Virus record (IMG/VR): IMGVR_UViG_3300047392_000113 | Location: 55,152 to 119,151 of that record | DNA: 64,000 nucleotides | Strand: one strand, 5' to 3' | Source of the DNA: a virus | Taxonomy: Duplodnaviria > Heunggongvirae > Uroviricota > Caudoviricetes | In this document: in pieces, positions 8,994 to 18,609 of the stretch | How the letters are laid out: each line of letters opens with the position of its first letter | How positions within the stretch are numbered: position 1 is the first letter of the stretch | Position numbers and translations under genes: made by a program | The notes under the pieces: model-generated | Seen by the model: only the letters and a program-made list of their open reading frames with translations | Told to the model about the DNA's origin: nothing | Databases searched by the model: none

Positions 8994-10625
8994 ATGCAAT
9001 TATTTGGATTCGACATTACACGTAAAAAAGAGAAGGATCTAGGCAGTGTCGTAGCTCCTCCTCCAGTAGACGGTAGTACCGTAATAAACACTGGCGTAAA
9101 TGCTGGTGGGTATTACGGTATGGTCATGGATGTTGAAGGTATCGTTAAAAACGAAAACGACCTAATCCGTCGTTATCGTGAGGTATCTCAATATTCAGAT
9201 TGCGATGGCGCAATCGAAGACATCGTTAATGAAGCAATCGTTGTTGATGAACAGGGTAAATGCGTCAAGATGAATCTTGATGACGTTGATGTTTCTCCCA
9301 ACATCAAGAAAAAGATTAATGATGAATTTTTGAATATTCTTAAAGTTCTAAAATTCGAAGAACGTGCTCACGACATTTTCCGTTCTTGGTATATTGATGG
9401 GCGTTTGTACTATCAAATCCTTATCGATGAAAAAAATATGAAGCAAGGTATCGTTGAATTGCGATACATTGATCCACGTAAGATTCGTCGTATTAAAAAC
9501 GTTGTTAAAGAAAAGAACCAACAAGGCGTTGAGATTATCAAGTCTGTTGAAGAGTTCTATCTGTTTAACGACAAAGGTATTACTGAACAAACAACACAAG
9601 GTGTCAAGCTATCCATTGACTCTGTTGTTTATGTTCCTTCTGGTTACCTAGATCAGAACACTGGTATGATGATGTCATACCTACACAAAGCAATTAAAGC
9701 TGTTAACCAGCTAAAGATGATCGAAGACGCATTGGTCATCTATCGTATTTCTCGTGCACCAGAACGTCGTATTTTCTACATTGACGTTGGTAACTTACCT
9801 AAGGTTAAAGCTGAGCAATATGTTACGGACATTATGAACAAGTTCCGCAACAAGATTGTTTATGACGCTACGACTGGTGAGGTGCGTGATGATCGTAAAC
9901 ATATGTCTATGATGGAAGATTTCTGGATGCCACGTCGTGAAGGTGGTAAAGGTACAGAGATTACTACTCTTCCAGGTGGACAGAATCTTGGCGATATCGA
10001 AGATATTCAATATTTCCAGAACAAACTATACCATGCGCTAAACGTTCCAGTTGGTCGTTTGCAAGAGCAACAAGGTTTCTCTATTGGTCGTTCTGTTGAA
10101 ATCTCTCGTGATGAAATTAAATTCCATAAATTTGTTAGCAGATTACGTAAGAAATTTGCCAATATCTTTACAGATGCCCTACGTGTTCAGCTAGCAGCTA
10201 AGAACATTATGAGCCCAGATGAATGGGATGAAATCAGACAAGATATTCGTTTTGATTTCGTAGAAGATAACCACTATGCTGAGTTGAAAGACAACGAAGT
10301 ATTGATGGCTCGTCTTGCTACTATCCAGCAATTAGAACCATACCTTGGTAAGTTCTTCTCAATGGACTGGGTTAAAAAGAATGTTCTTCAACAAACTGAA
10401 GGCGACATCGAACAGATGCAAAAAGAGATGGATGCCGAAGAAGATTACCATATGGATATGGCATCACGTGAAGGTGAATTGCAAGGTGTTGCAGCAGCTG
10501 CGGCAAGTAACTACCAAGCAAATAATGATCAACAATACTTAGACCAGCAAGCTGCACAAGAAGCTCAAATGTTGCAACAACAAGAGCAACAAGCACAAGC
10601 AGCTAAAGCACCAAAAGGAAAATAA
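8994..10625 (+). CDS. gp20: Portal vertex protein gp20, with a Gln-rich low-complexity C-terminus.
   Basis: Size and position between tube and prohead core/protease genes. Conserved portal core (RISRAPERRIFYIDVGNLPKVKAEQYV...). C-terminal ...QQAAQEAQMLQQQEQQAQAAKAPKGK. Confidence 0.85.
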   Translation: MQLFGFDITRKKEKDLGSVVAPPPVDGSTVINTGVNAGGYYGMVMDVEGIVKNENDLIRRYREVSQYSDCDGAIEDIVNEAIVVDEQGKCVKMNLDDVDVSPNIKKKINDEFLNILKVLKFEERAHDIFRSWYIDGRLYYQILIDEKNMKQGIVELRYIDPRKIRRIKNVVKEKNQQGVEIIKSVEEFYLFNDKGITEQTTQGVKLSIDSVVYVPSGYLDQNTGMMMSYLHKAIKAVNQLKMIEDALVIYRISRAPERRIFYIDVGNLPKVKAEQYVTDIMNKFRNKIVYDATTGEVRDDRKHMSMMEDFWMPRREGGKGTEITTLPGGQNLGDIEDIQYFQNKLYHALNVPVGRLQEQQGFSIGRSVEISRDEIKFHKFVSRLRKKFANIFTDALRVQLAAKNIMSPDEWDEIRQDIRFDFVEDNHYAELKDNEVLMARLATIQQLEPYLGKFFSMDWVKKNVLQQTEGDIEQMQKEMDAEEDYHMDMASREGELQGVAAAAASNYQANNDQQYLDQQAAQEAQMLQQQEQQAQAAKAPKGK

Positions 10626-10627
10626 TT

Positions 10628-10822
10628 ATGAGTGAAACTGTTAAACAATTAGTTGACGCTATGATGGCTAAAGATGCCAATGGAACACAAGCTGCATTCC
10701 AAGCAGCAATGGCAGAAAAGATTTCTACCAAGTTAGACGACATGCGCTCTTCTATGGCACAGAGTATGTTCAAGACTCCAGAAGCAGCACCTACAGAGAC
10801 ACCAGTAGAAGCGACAGAGTAA
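10628..10822 (+). CDS. Small acidic prohead core protein (gp67-like by position).
   Basis: 64-aa ORF translationally coupled between portal and protease, as gp67 is in T4. No strong motif. Confidence 0.4.
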   Translation: MSETVKQLVDAMMAKDANGTQAAFQAAMAEKISTKLDDMRSSMAQSMFKTPEAAPTETPVEATE

Positions 10823-11367
10823 TGCGTTATACAGAGTTTAGTAAATCAATCAAAGAAATGAGTATCATTGAAGATATTCGTTCTTATCGCCGACACATTC
10901 AGTTAAACACTGAGGGTAAGGTATTGATTGATGGCTCTGTTACAGACTTTAAGAGTTTGGAAGAAGCTAGACAATACGTTAAGCAAGAATATATTAGTGA
11001 AAAATTAGAACACCAAGTATCAAAAGACTTATACGAAGAACTATCTGCTAGTAAAGTAGCTGGTATCATTAAAGAATATTACGAAATCAAAGTCACAGAT
11101 ACCCTTATAGAAAATTATATTAAGCTGGCTTCTTCCAACATTTTTACAATAGACCCAGTCGTTCAAAGAATTCGTGCACTAAACAAATTGGATAAGATTG
11201 TTGAAGGTAAACTTCACTACGTTCTTGATGATGATACAATCATTGCAATCTCTGAACAAACGCAAGAACGCCTAAATAAGTTATTATCCAATCAAACAGA
11301 GATTATCGAGTATATGAGAGAAAGCAGTAGCAATTTCCTTCATGTGCTTGAACAAATAGAGGAATAA
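10822..11367 (+). CDS. Prohead core protein (gp68-like by position).
   Basis: Overlapping ATGA start with the previous gene. Position equals T4 gene 68. Sequence similarity not verifiable by eye. Confidence 0.35.
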   Translation: MRYTEFSKSIKEMSIIEDIRSYRRHIQLNTEGKVLIDGSVTDFKSLEEARQYVKQEYISEKLEHQVSKDLYEELSASKVAGIIKEYYEIKVTDTLIENYIKLASSNIFTIDPVVQRIRALNKLDKIVEGKLHYVLDDDTIIAISEQTQERLNKLLSNQTEIIEYMRESSSNFLHVLEQIEE

Positions 11368-11369
11368 AA

Positions 11370-11801
11370 ATGGCTGTCCTATTCACAACAGTTAAAAACA
11401 CTAACCAAGAAGTGATCGTACACTTTGATACAGTTCTTGCTGAATCAGGTACTATTGCTTTGAACACATTAACTGCTGCTTCACAAGCTCTTACTTCTGG
11501 TGGAACTCCAACAGTAAACATCGTTAAGTTTTTCAGCACTGGTCAACTTGGTTCTGGTCTTCGTATCACTCGTAATGGTAAAAACATTATTGCGTGCGCC
11601 CCAGAAAATGCACCAGCTTTAGAATTTAATGAAAATGGTTTTGTAGATAACATCAACAACACAGCAGATATCGTTATTGTTAATGATGTTGCTAAACCAG
11701 TTACTGGCTACCTAGTTCTACGTAAAGTAGATGGATGGTCATCTAAAGTTGAAACTGCTAGTTTTGGCGCTGCAGATAACGTTAACCAAGTAGGTGCATA
11801 A
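11370..11801 (+). CDS. Hypothetical protein in the head module (β-rich, possibly a structural or decoration protein).
   Basis: 143-aa ORF tightly packed (stop/start coupling) between the core protein and prohead protease genes. No recognisable motif. Confidence 0.35.
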   Translation: MAVLFTTVKNTNQEVIVHFDTVLAESGTIALNTLTAASQALTSGGTPTVNIVKFFSTGQLGSGLRITRNGKNIIACAPENAPALEFNENGFVDNINNTADIVIVNDVAKPVTGYLVLRKVDGWSSKVETASFGAADNVNQVGA

Positions 11802-12454
11802 TGAAACTTATTAGAGAAGACGTACAAGAAGCCAAGCTGATCGTTGAAGAAAAGCTAGGTAAAGGTAAGACTTATTTCATTGAGGGTATTTTCCTTCAAT
11901 CAGATCTTAAGAACCGTAATGGTCGTATGTATCCAGAACACGTTATGGATCGTGAGGTTGGTCGTTACTTACAAGAACAAGTTCAGAACATGCGTGCGTA
12001 TGGTGAACTTGGACACCCAGATACTCCTTCCATTAATTTGGACCGTGTGTCTCACTTGATCGTTGACCTTCGTAAAGAAGGTACTAACTACATCGGTAAA
12101 GCAAAGATTTTAGAAACCCCAATGGGTAATATCGCTAGAGGTCTTCTAGACGGTGGTGCAAACCTTGGTGTTTCTTCAAGAGCACTTGGCTCTCTTGTTC
12201 TAAACAAAGAGGGAGTTAATGTTGTTCAGGATGACTTTATGTTATCCACTGCTGCAGATATCGTAGCAGACCCATCTGCCCCAGACGCTTTTGTCCGTGG
12301 TATTATGGAAAACAAAGAGTGGATTTATATTGATGGAAAGTTTGTGGAGCAACAAATCGAAGCTGCTAAGGCTTCAATCAGAAAGGCTTCTACTCGACAA
12401 CTAGAGGAAGCTAAATTGCACGCTTTCCAAAATTTTCTGAGTAAAATCAGATAA
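11801..12454 (+). CDS. gp21: Prohead core protease gp21.
   Basis: YGELGHP motif and overall length (217 aa) typical of T4-type prohead protease. Located before scaffold and MCP. Confidence 0.85.
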   Translation: MKLIREDVQEAKLIVEEKLGKGKTYFIEGIFLQSDLKNRNGRMYPEHVMDREVGRYLQEQVQNMRAYGELGHPDTPSINLDRVSHLIVDLRKEGTNYIGKAKILETPMGNIARGLLDGGANLGVSSRALGSLVLNKEGVNVVQDDFMLSTAADIVADPSAPDAFVRGIMENKEWIYIDGKFVEQQIEAAKASIRKASTRQLEEAKLHAFQNFLSKIR

Positions 12455-12466
12455 ATAATAAATAAT
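12450..12466 (+). promoter_or_regulatory. Tandem late promoter motifs GATAAATA and ATAAATAA upstream of the scaffold gene.
   Basis: Two overlapping NATAAATA-like octamers ~35-45 nt upstream of gp22 ATG, with a GGAG RBS at ~12490. Confidence 0.35.
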
Positions 12467-12500
12467 TTAATAGAACTAATCCAGTTACAGGAGATAACGA

Positions 12501-13517
12501 ATGTCTATCGAACAAAAGATTGCTCAGATTCTAGCCGAATCAAAGAAGCAAAAATTAGATGAAGCAAAACTAGGTGGAGCTGAAACAGGCTCTAAAGATG
12601 TTGCTGCAGGCGCATCTGGTGAGAAGTCTGTCATCCGTCAAGGCAATTCAGTGCCAAACGGTGGCGAAACACCTAATCCAGATTCTGCACGTAACAACGT
12701 TGACGATGAGAAGCAAGCTGAAGAAGCACCAAAGGGAACTCAAAATCCTAAGAATGGTGACCAAGCTCCTATCCGTCAAGGTAATGCTGTTAAAGGCATG
12801 AAAGAAGATATGGATGCTCTTTTCAATGGTGAAGAGCTAACAGAAGAATTTAAAACTAAAGCAGCTACAATTTATGAAGCAGCTGTTTTAGCACGTGTTA
12901 ACGAAGAAGTTGCACGTATTAGCGAAGAATTCGAAGCTAAACTTGCTGAGCAAGTCGAGCAGAATACTCAGGGAATTGTTGAACAAGTTGATGGATATCT
13001 TGGCTATATTGCCGAGCAGTGGATTGCACAGAATGAATTAGCCCTTGAGCGTGGTATCAAGTCTGAGATCTTAGAAGGTTTCATTACTGGCTTGAAAGGT
13101 CTTTTCGAAGAACACTATATTGATATTCCAGAAGAAAAGTACGATGTACTTGGCGAGATGGAAGAAACAATTACTTCTTTGGAAGCTAAGCTAAATGAAC
13201 AAGTTGAAGCCAACGTTGAGTTGACTAAGACTTTGGCAGAAGCAAAGCGTCAAGAGATCGTTAAACAAATCAGCGAAGGTTTGACTGACTCTGAAACTGA
13301 AAAGTTCATGAGCCTAGTTGAAGAACTTTCTTATGAAGAAGCAGATACATTTGAGACTAAAGTAAAGACTATCCGTGAGAATTATTTCTCTGGTAAGAAG
13401 ACTGAAGTAGCATCTGTTGTTACTGACGCTCCAGTAGAAGTGTTGACTGAGGAAAAGAAGGCTACGCCTGTTGATCCAAAAATGTCTGCATATCTATCAG
13501 CACTCAACAAAATCTAA
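12501..13517 (+). CDS. gp22: Prohead scaffolding core protein gp22.
   Basis: Highly acidic, coiled-coil-rich 338-aa protein immediately upstream of the major capsid gene. Confidence 0.75.
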   Translation: MSIEQKIAQILAESKKQKLDEAKLGGAETGSKDVAAGASGEKSVIRQGNSVPNGGETPNPDSARNNVDDEKQAEEAPKGTQNPKNGDQAPIRQGNAVKGMKEDMDALFNGEELTEEFKTKAATIYEAAVLARVNEEVARISEEFEAKLAEQVEQNTQGIVEQVDGYLGYIAEQWIAQNELALERGIKSEILEGFITGLKGLFEEHYIDIPEEKYDVLGEMEETITSLEAKLNEQVEANVELTKTLAEAKRQEIVKQISEGLTDSETEKFMSLVEELSYEEADTFETKVKTIRENYFSGKKTEVASVVTDAPVEVLTEEKKATPVDPKMSAYLSALNKI

Positions 13518-13529
13518 AAGGAAAATAAA

Positions 13530-14831
13530 ATGACTACACGTCAACAATTAATCGAAAAGTGGGCACCGATTCTAAACCACGAATCTGCTCCAGCGTTCAA
13601 AGATCAGTATCGTAAGGAAGTTACTGCTGTTCTATTGGAAAACCAAGAACGTGAAATGCAAAAACAAGCTGAGGCATTGTTCGAAGCTGTTCCAACTAAC
13701 TCTGGTGGTACTGGTATCTCTATGGGTGGTGCAGGTACTAACGGTCAAATGGCTGGTTTCGACCCAGTTTTGATCAGCTTGGTTCGCCGTGCTATGCCAC
13801 AATTGATCGCCTATGATATCGCTGGCGTTCAACCAATGACTCAACCAACTGGCTTGATCTTCGCAATGAAGTCTCGCTATGCTACTCAAAACGGTACTGA
13901 AGCGTTGTTCAACGAAGCAGATACTGATTTCTCTGGTACTGGTACTCACGCTGGTTCCGACTGGAATCCAGGTACTAACACTACTGGTACTCCAATGTCT
14001 ACAGCTGCTGCTGAAGCACTAGGTTCTTCTGGTGGTGGTGCTTTCGGTGAGATGGCATTCTCTATCGAAAAGACTTCTGTAACTGCAAAGACTCGTGCTT
14101 TGAAGGCTGAATACTCTATCGAATTGGCACAAGACTTGAAATCTGTTCACGGTCTTGACGCTGAAGGCGAATTGAGCAACATTCTTTCTACAGAAATCTT
14201 GGCTGAAATCAACCGTGAAGTTGTTCGTACTGTTTACACTGCTGCTAAAGTTGGTGCACAAGTTGGTACTGCTACTGCTGGCACTTTCGACTTGGACGTT
14301 GACTCTAACGGTCGTTGGTCTGTTGAAAAGTTCAAAGGTCTAATGTTCCAAATCGAACGTGAAGCCAATGCTATCGGTCAACAAACACGTCGTGGTCGTG
14401 GTAACATCATCATCACTTCTGCAGACGTTGCTTCTGCATTGGCGATGGCTGGTGTTCTTGACTACTCTTCTGCAATCGTTGGTAAAAACAACCTAACTGT
14501 AGATGACACTTCTACTACTTTCGCTGGTATCCTAAACGGCAAGTACAAAGTTTATGTTGACCCATACACTGCAAACGTATCTGCTAACCAATTCTTCGTT
14601 GTTGGTTACAAAGGTACTTCTGCGTTTGACGCAGGTATGTTCTACTGCCCATACGTTCCATTGCAAATGGTTCGTGCAGTTGATCCTAACAGCTTCCAAC
14701 CAAAGATTGGTTTCAAGACTCGTTACGGTCTAGTTGCTAACCCATTCACTACTATCGACGCTGGCGCTGATGGTCTTGCTTCTGGTAACAACTACTACTA
14801 CCGCAAAGTTAAGGTTACTAACCTAATGTAA
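13530..14831 (+). CDS. gp23: Major capsid protein gp23.
   Basis: Position after gp21/gp22. Conserved gp23-family segments (e.g. ...AYDIAGVQPMTQPTGLIFAMKSRY..., ...GNIIITSADVASALAMAG...). Strongest codon bias in the window. Followed by a strong terminator. Confidence 0.9.
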   Translation: MTTRQQLIEKWAPILNHESAPAFKDQYRKEVTAVLLENQEREMQKQAEALFEAVPTNSGGTGISMGGAGTNGQMAGFDPVLISLVRRAMPQLIAYDIAGVQPMTQPTGLIFAMKSRYATQNGTEALFNEADTDFSGTGTHAGSDWNPGTNTTGTPMSTAAAEALGSSGGGAFGEMAFSIEKTSVTAKTRALKAEYSIELAQDLKSVHGLDAEGELSNILSTEILAEINREVVRTVYTAAKVGAQVGTATAGTFDLDVDSNGRWSVEKFKGLMFQIEREANAIGQQTRRGRGNIIITSADVASALAMAGVLDYSSAIVGKNNLTVDDTSTTFAGILNGKYKVYVDPYTANVSANQFFVVGYKGTSAFDAGMFYCPYVPLQMVRAVDPNSFQPKIGFKTRYGLVANPFTTIDAGADGLASGNNYYYRKVKVTNLM

Positions 14832-14856
14832 TCGGTAGCCGACTAGTTCGGTACTC

Positions 14857-14885
14857 AAAGGGTCTCTTCGGAGACCCTTTTTTAT
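14857..14885 (+). terminator. Rho-independent terminator after the major capsid gene.
   Basis: AAAGGGTCTC-TTCG-GAGACCCTTT perfect hairpin with UUCG loop followed by TTTTTAT. Confidence 0.8.
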
Positions 14886-14900
14886 TTCCTAAATAATATT

Positions 14901-15419
14901 ATGCCTATGTCACTACCTTCTCAGTTAAACCCGTTATCACCAAACGGCTTCCAGTTTTCTGTACAGAAACTGCCTGACATCTCATTCTTTTGTCAGCAGG
15001 CAAACCTTCCTGGAATTATGTTAGGTGAACCAACGTATGCTACTCCTTTCTCAACACAACCAATTCCAGGCGATACGTTATCGTATGAACCGCTGGAACT
15101 GCAGTTTCTGATTGATGAAGATATGAAGAACTATCGCACACTCTATAACTGGATTGTTGCGTTAGGTTTCCCAGAAAGTTATGAACAGTACATCAACCAA
15201 AACGCAACTGATACTACTGCGTATGGTGAACTTGCTAAAAACTATTCTGACGCTACATTGCAAATCTTAGATAGTAACAATCAGGCAGTACAGACTGTGC
15301 AATTCTATGATGTGTTTCCAACAAACATCAGTTCCCTGCAATTTGCATCTACCAATGAAGACGTTCAATACCTTGTAGGTAGTGTAACATTTAGATTCGG
15401 TTGGTACAAACTTTTGTAA
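14901..15419 (+). CDS. Tail tube family paralog (gp19 fold). Possibly tail completion/terminator gp3-like or baseplate tube protein.
   Basis: Shares the FPTNIS motif and general pattern with the gp19 ORF at 8387 (FYDVFPTNISSLQF vs FIDAFPTNISAIGL). Cyanophage-like synteny gp23-gp3-uvsY-uvsW suggests gp3. Confidence 0.45.
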   Translation: MPMSLPSQLNPLSPNGFQFSVQKLPDISFFCQQANLPGIMLGEPTYATPFSTQPIPGDTLSYEPLELQFLIDEDMKNYRTLYNWIVALGFPESYEQYINQNATDTTAYGELAKNYSDATLQILDSNNQAVQTVQFYDVFPTNISSLQFASTNEDVQYLVGSVTFRFGWYKLL

Positions 15420-15426
15420 ATTTAAA

Positions 15427-15455
15427 TTGATTTTTTTGCAACTCTACTGTATAAT
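15427..15455 (+). promoter_or_regulatory. Sigma70-type early promoter (TTGATT-17-TATAAT) upstream of uvsY.
   Basis: -35 TTGATT at 15427-32 and -10 TATAAT at 15450-55 with a 17-nt spacer. Confidence 0.5.
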
Positions 15456-15479
15456 GGTAGAGTCAAATAAAGGTATATT

Positions 15480-15917
15480 ATGAACATTGAACAACTGCAA
15501 GAAATGTGGGATGCCGATTCCGAGATCAACGATAACTTTCTCGGCGAGCAATCTACAGCAACTCCCAAACTCCACGCTAAGTACATTAAACTTTTAGTTA
15601 ATGTGAAACTCAAACACACCAAGCTGAGTTCGGACTATAACATCCTACGTAAAAATAAATTTCGATACTATCGTGGTGAAATGTCTCGTGAAGAATTAGT
15701 TGATTATGGATGGACACAATGGCAAGGAATCAAACCTCTCAAGAATGAGATGGATGAATTTCTAACTGGCGATAACGAACTAAATACATTGAAGGTAAAG
15801 ATTGAATACCTTGAGACAATGATTTATTTCCTTGAATCCATTTTGGGTCAGATCAAAGCACGTGATTGGCAGATCAAGACCCACGTAGAATGGAAGAAGT
15901 TTTTAGCAGGTATGTAA
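15480..15917 (+). CDS. uvsY: Recombination mediator UvsY.
   Basis: N-terminus MNIEQLQEMW and C-terminus QIKARDWQIKTHVEWKKFLAGM align to T4 UvsY (MRLEDLQEEL...IKSRGFAIKHIQDMRAFEAGK). YYRGEMS matches YYSGRGD. Confidence 0.8.
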   Translation: MNIEQLQEMWDADSEINDNFLGEQSTATPKLHAKYIKLLVNVKLKHTKLSSDYNILRKNKFRYYRGEMSREELVDYGWTQWQGIKPLKNEMDEFLTGDNELNTLKVKIEYLETMIYFLESILGQIKARDWQIKTHVEWKKFLAGM

Positions 15918-17393
15918 TTGGTTAATGTAACTATTGAAAAATTAGATGAGGTGTATGTTAGAATTTTCTCTGACGCCAGCGTTGAGCAAGAACTAGCAGA
16001 CTTCTTCACATATGAATATCCAGGTGCAAAATTTACACCACAATATAAAGCAAGATTGTGGGATGGTAAAGTTCGCCTGTACGATCAACTAAGAAAAACT
16101 CTTTACGTTGGTCTAATTAGTTACGTAGAGCAATTCTGCGAACAAAACGGATATGAGATTACTTGGAAAGATGACTTCAATAAAACGAATGACATCACTC
16201 CAGAAATCGTAGAAGGTTTTATCAAAGCACTTAAACTCCCAGATAAAATCGAAATCCGTGACTACCAGATAGATGCTATTCAAAAAGCATTAGACACAGA
16301 AAGAACATTGCTACTTTCTCCTACTGGTTCTGGTAAGTCATTTATCATCTATACAGTTATGCGTTGGTTAGTTGCCAAGGGCAACAAATGTGTTCTTATT
16401 GTACCAACAACATCTCTTGTTGAACAAATGCATTCTGACTTTGAAGATTATTCAAGCGTCAATGGATGGTCTGTTCAATCTCACTGCCAAAAACTTTACA
16501 GTGGATTCTCTAAAGAATTTACCAAAGACGTATTGATTACTACTTGGCAGTCAATCTATCTACAACCTAAGTCTTGGTTCAGACAGTTCGATGTAATCTT
16601 TGGCGATGAAGCACATAGCTTCAAAGCAAAGTCTTTGACTACTGTTATGGAAAAGATGGATACGATCCGTCATCGTATTGGAACTACGGGAACGCTTGAT
16701 AACAAGAAGGTTCATCGTTTAGTTCTAGAAGGCATTTTTGGTCCAGTACATAAAGTTGTAACTACAAAGAGTTTAATTCAGTCTGGAAGATTGGCTGACC
16801 TAAATATAACGTGTGTGGTCTTTAAGTATAATGAAGAGATTCGTAAGGGACGTAATAAAAATACATACCAAGAAGAAATGGATTGGCTAGTATCTTATTA
16901 TCCAAGAAATAAGTTTATCCGAAACTTGGCAGTAAATTCTAAAGGTAACACGCTGGTTCTTTTTCAATACGTTGAAAAGCACGGCAAAGTCCTATACGAT
17001 ATGATCAAAGAAAAGTCGCACGATAAGCGAAAAGTGTTTTTCGTTTATGGTGGCACTGAGACTTCTGATCGTGAATCGATTCGTCATATAACAGAAGGTG
17101 AAGATGATGCAATCATCATTGCATCTTATGGTACATTCTCGACTGGTATTAATATTCCTTCGATTGAGAATGTTGTATTTGCTTCGCCATCTAAAAGTAA
17201 AATTCGTAATTTGCAATCTATCGGTAGAGGATTGCGAAAGAAAGACGGTAAAGTTGGTTGTAACCTTTACGACCTTGCCGATGATTTACATTGGAAATCT
17301 TGGAAGAATCATACATTGAACCATGCAGCTGAACGTTACAAAACGTACGCAGAAGAAGAATTTGATATTAAAGTTATTGAGGTAGATCTTTGA
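15918..17393 (+). CDS. uvsW: UvsW SF2 DNA helicase (non-ATG TTG start proposed by the ORF track).
   Basis: The N-terminus resembles T4 UvsW (HFHDFSHVRIDCE... vs IEKLDEVYVRIFSD...). Walker A LLSPTGSGKS, DEAH box FGDEAH, helicase C-domain. Confidence 0.85.
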   Translation: MVNVTIEKLDEVYVRIFSDASVEQELADFFTYEYPGAKFTPQYKARLWDGKVRLYDQLRKTLYVGLISYVEQFCEQNGYEITWKDDFNKTNDITPEIVEGFIKALKLPDKIEIRDYQIDAIQKALDTERTLLLSPTGSGKSFIIYTVMRWLVAKGNKCVLIVPTTSLVEQMHSDFEDYSSVNGWSVQSHCQKLYSGFSKEFTKDVLITTWQSIYLQPKSWFRQFDVIFGDEAHSFKAKSLTTVMEKMDTIRHRIGTTGTLDNKKVHRLVLEGIFGPVHKVVTTKSLIQSGRLADLNITCVVFKYNEEIRKGRNKNTYQEEMDWLVSYYPRNKFIRNLAVNSKGNTLVLFQYVEKHGKVLYDMIKEKSHDKRKVFFVYGGTETSDRESIRHITEGEDDAIIIASYGTFSTGINIPSIENVVFASPSKSKIRNLQSIGRGLRKKDGKVGCNLYDLADDLHWKSWKNHTLNHAAERYKTYAEEEFDIKVIEVDL

Positions 17394-17791
17394 TGCTAAC
17401 AGGTAATGAATTTTACGTTGTAGTTAGGCTGACGTCAGGTGAGCAACTTATGTGTGCTCTGCAACAAGAGGATGACAACTATATTGAGTTGCTCCATCCC
17501 ATGCAAATAAGAACAATCCCAAATTTTGAAACAGGTAAAGAGCACGTTACTGCTGCTCCATTCTGCACGTTCACTGATGATGAATCATTCGTGCTAGATA
17601 AAAAGAACGTTTTGTTTATCAAACCGATGAAGGAAATGTTCGTTGCTCATTATTTGAATCTGGTTAGAGAAAGCCAGAATGTAAGATTCACCCCGAAGGG
17701 TGGAGAGGATGATGCAATGTCATCCGATGTGGAAGAGACTAGGGAAGAGAATCAGAGAGTGTTTATTGAAGGTAACGAAACTAAACATTAA
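17390..17791 (+). CDS. Hypothetical protein (133 aa) downstream of uvsW.
   Basis: ORF translationally coupled to uvsW. No recognised motif. Confidence 0.35.
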   Translation: MMLTGNEFYVVVRLTSGEQLMCALQQEDDNYIELLHPMQIRTIPNFETGKEHVTAAPFCTFTDDESFVLDKKNVLFIKPMKEMFVAHYLNLVRESQNVRFTPKGGEDDAMSSDVEETREENQRVFIEGNETKH

Positions 17792-17939
17792 GTAGTAACG
17801 ATCAACCCTAACTCCGTTATTATGCCCCAAAGTCAAGCAGAAAGCAAATATATTTTGTAAGAAAATAAGATTTGTCTTTTCTTACTAGTTGTTGTATACT
17901 TCTCCTTAGCTTTGTGAAAAACAAAGAAAGATATAGCCT

Positions 17940-18527
17940 ATGGCGCACTACGTAAACAACGCTGACTTTTTAGCAGCAATTTCAGAATATAAACGAAAAG
18001 TAAAAGAAGCTCAAGAACAGGGGCTACCTAAACCAATCGTTAGCAATTACATTGGAGAATGTATCCTAAAAATTGCTAACCACCTTTCGTATAAACCAAA
18101 CTTTATTAACTACTCTTATCGTGATGATATGATTCTCGATGGTATTGAGAACTGCATTCAATACATTGATAACTTTGATCCAGCGAAATCTAACAATCCA
18201 TTCGCATACTTCACGCAGATTATTTACTATGCATTCTTACGTAGGATCGCCAAAGAAAAGAAACAAGCATACATTAAAGGTAAGCTGATTCAAGAAATGC
18301 CATTTGAAATGTTCGAGTTACAAGAGCAAGATGAAAGTGGTGAGTTTCACAATGCATATCTTGAGTTTATGCAAAACAATCAAACATTTGATGATTCATT
18401 CATTGAACGTAAAAAAGAAAAAAAGAAAAAGAACCAAGCGAGTTTAGATAATTTTATAGGTGAAGAAAATGTCACAGAACATCCGCCAATTGATTCGGGA
18501 TCTGGCAGCGGGGATACCGAGCAGTAG
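17940..18527 (+). CDS. gp55: Late-transcription sigma factor gp55.
   Basis: MAHYVNNADFLAAISEYKRKVKEAQEQGLPKPIV...NPFAYFTQIIYYAFLRRIAKEKK aligns to T4 gp55 (YNYVNNKELLQAIIDWK...[23 protein letters not shown]). Confidence 0.85.
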   Translation: MAHYVNNADFLAAISEYKRKVKEAQEQGLPKPIVSNYIGECILKIANHLSYKPNFINYSYRDDMILDGIENCIQYIDNFDPAKSNNPFAYFTQIIYYAFLRRIAKEKKQAYIKGKLIQEMPFEMFELQEQDESGEFHNAYLEFMQNNQTFDDSFIERKKEKKKKNQASLDNFIGEENVTEHPPIDSGSGSGDTEQ

Positions 18528-18609
18528 TCCTCCGATTCGTCATAGAACACACAGAGTTAAAAGAAAACAAAGAACTCTCAAACGTCATGTTTGGGACGCA
18601 GCAGACAAT

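Noticed and set aside
17857-17939. Hairpin GTAAGAAAA-11nt-TTTTCTTAC and possible middle promoter upstream of gp55.
   Set aside because: No match to a MotA box (TGCTTtA), and the sigma70 -35/-10 spacing is poor. Kept only as a possible terminator-like structure and not reported as a feature.
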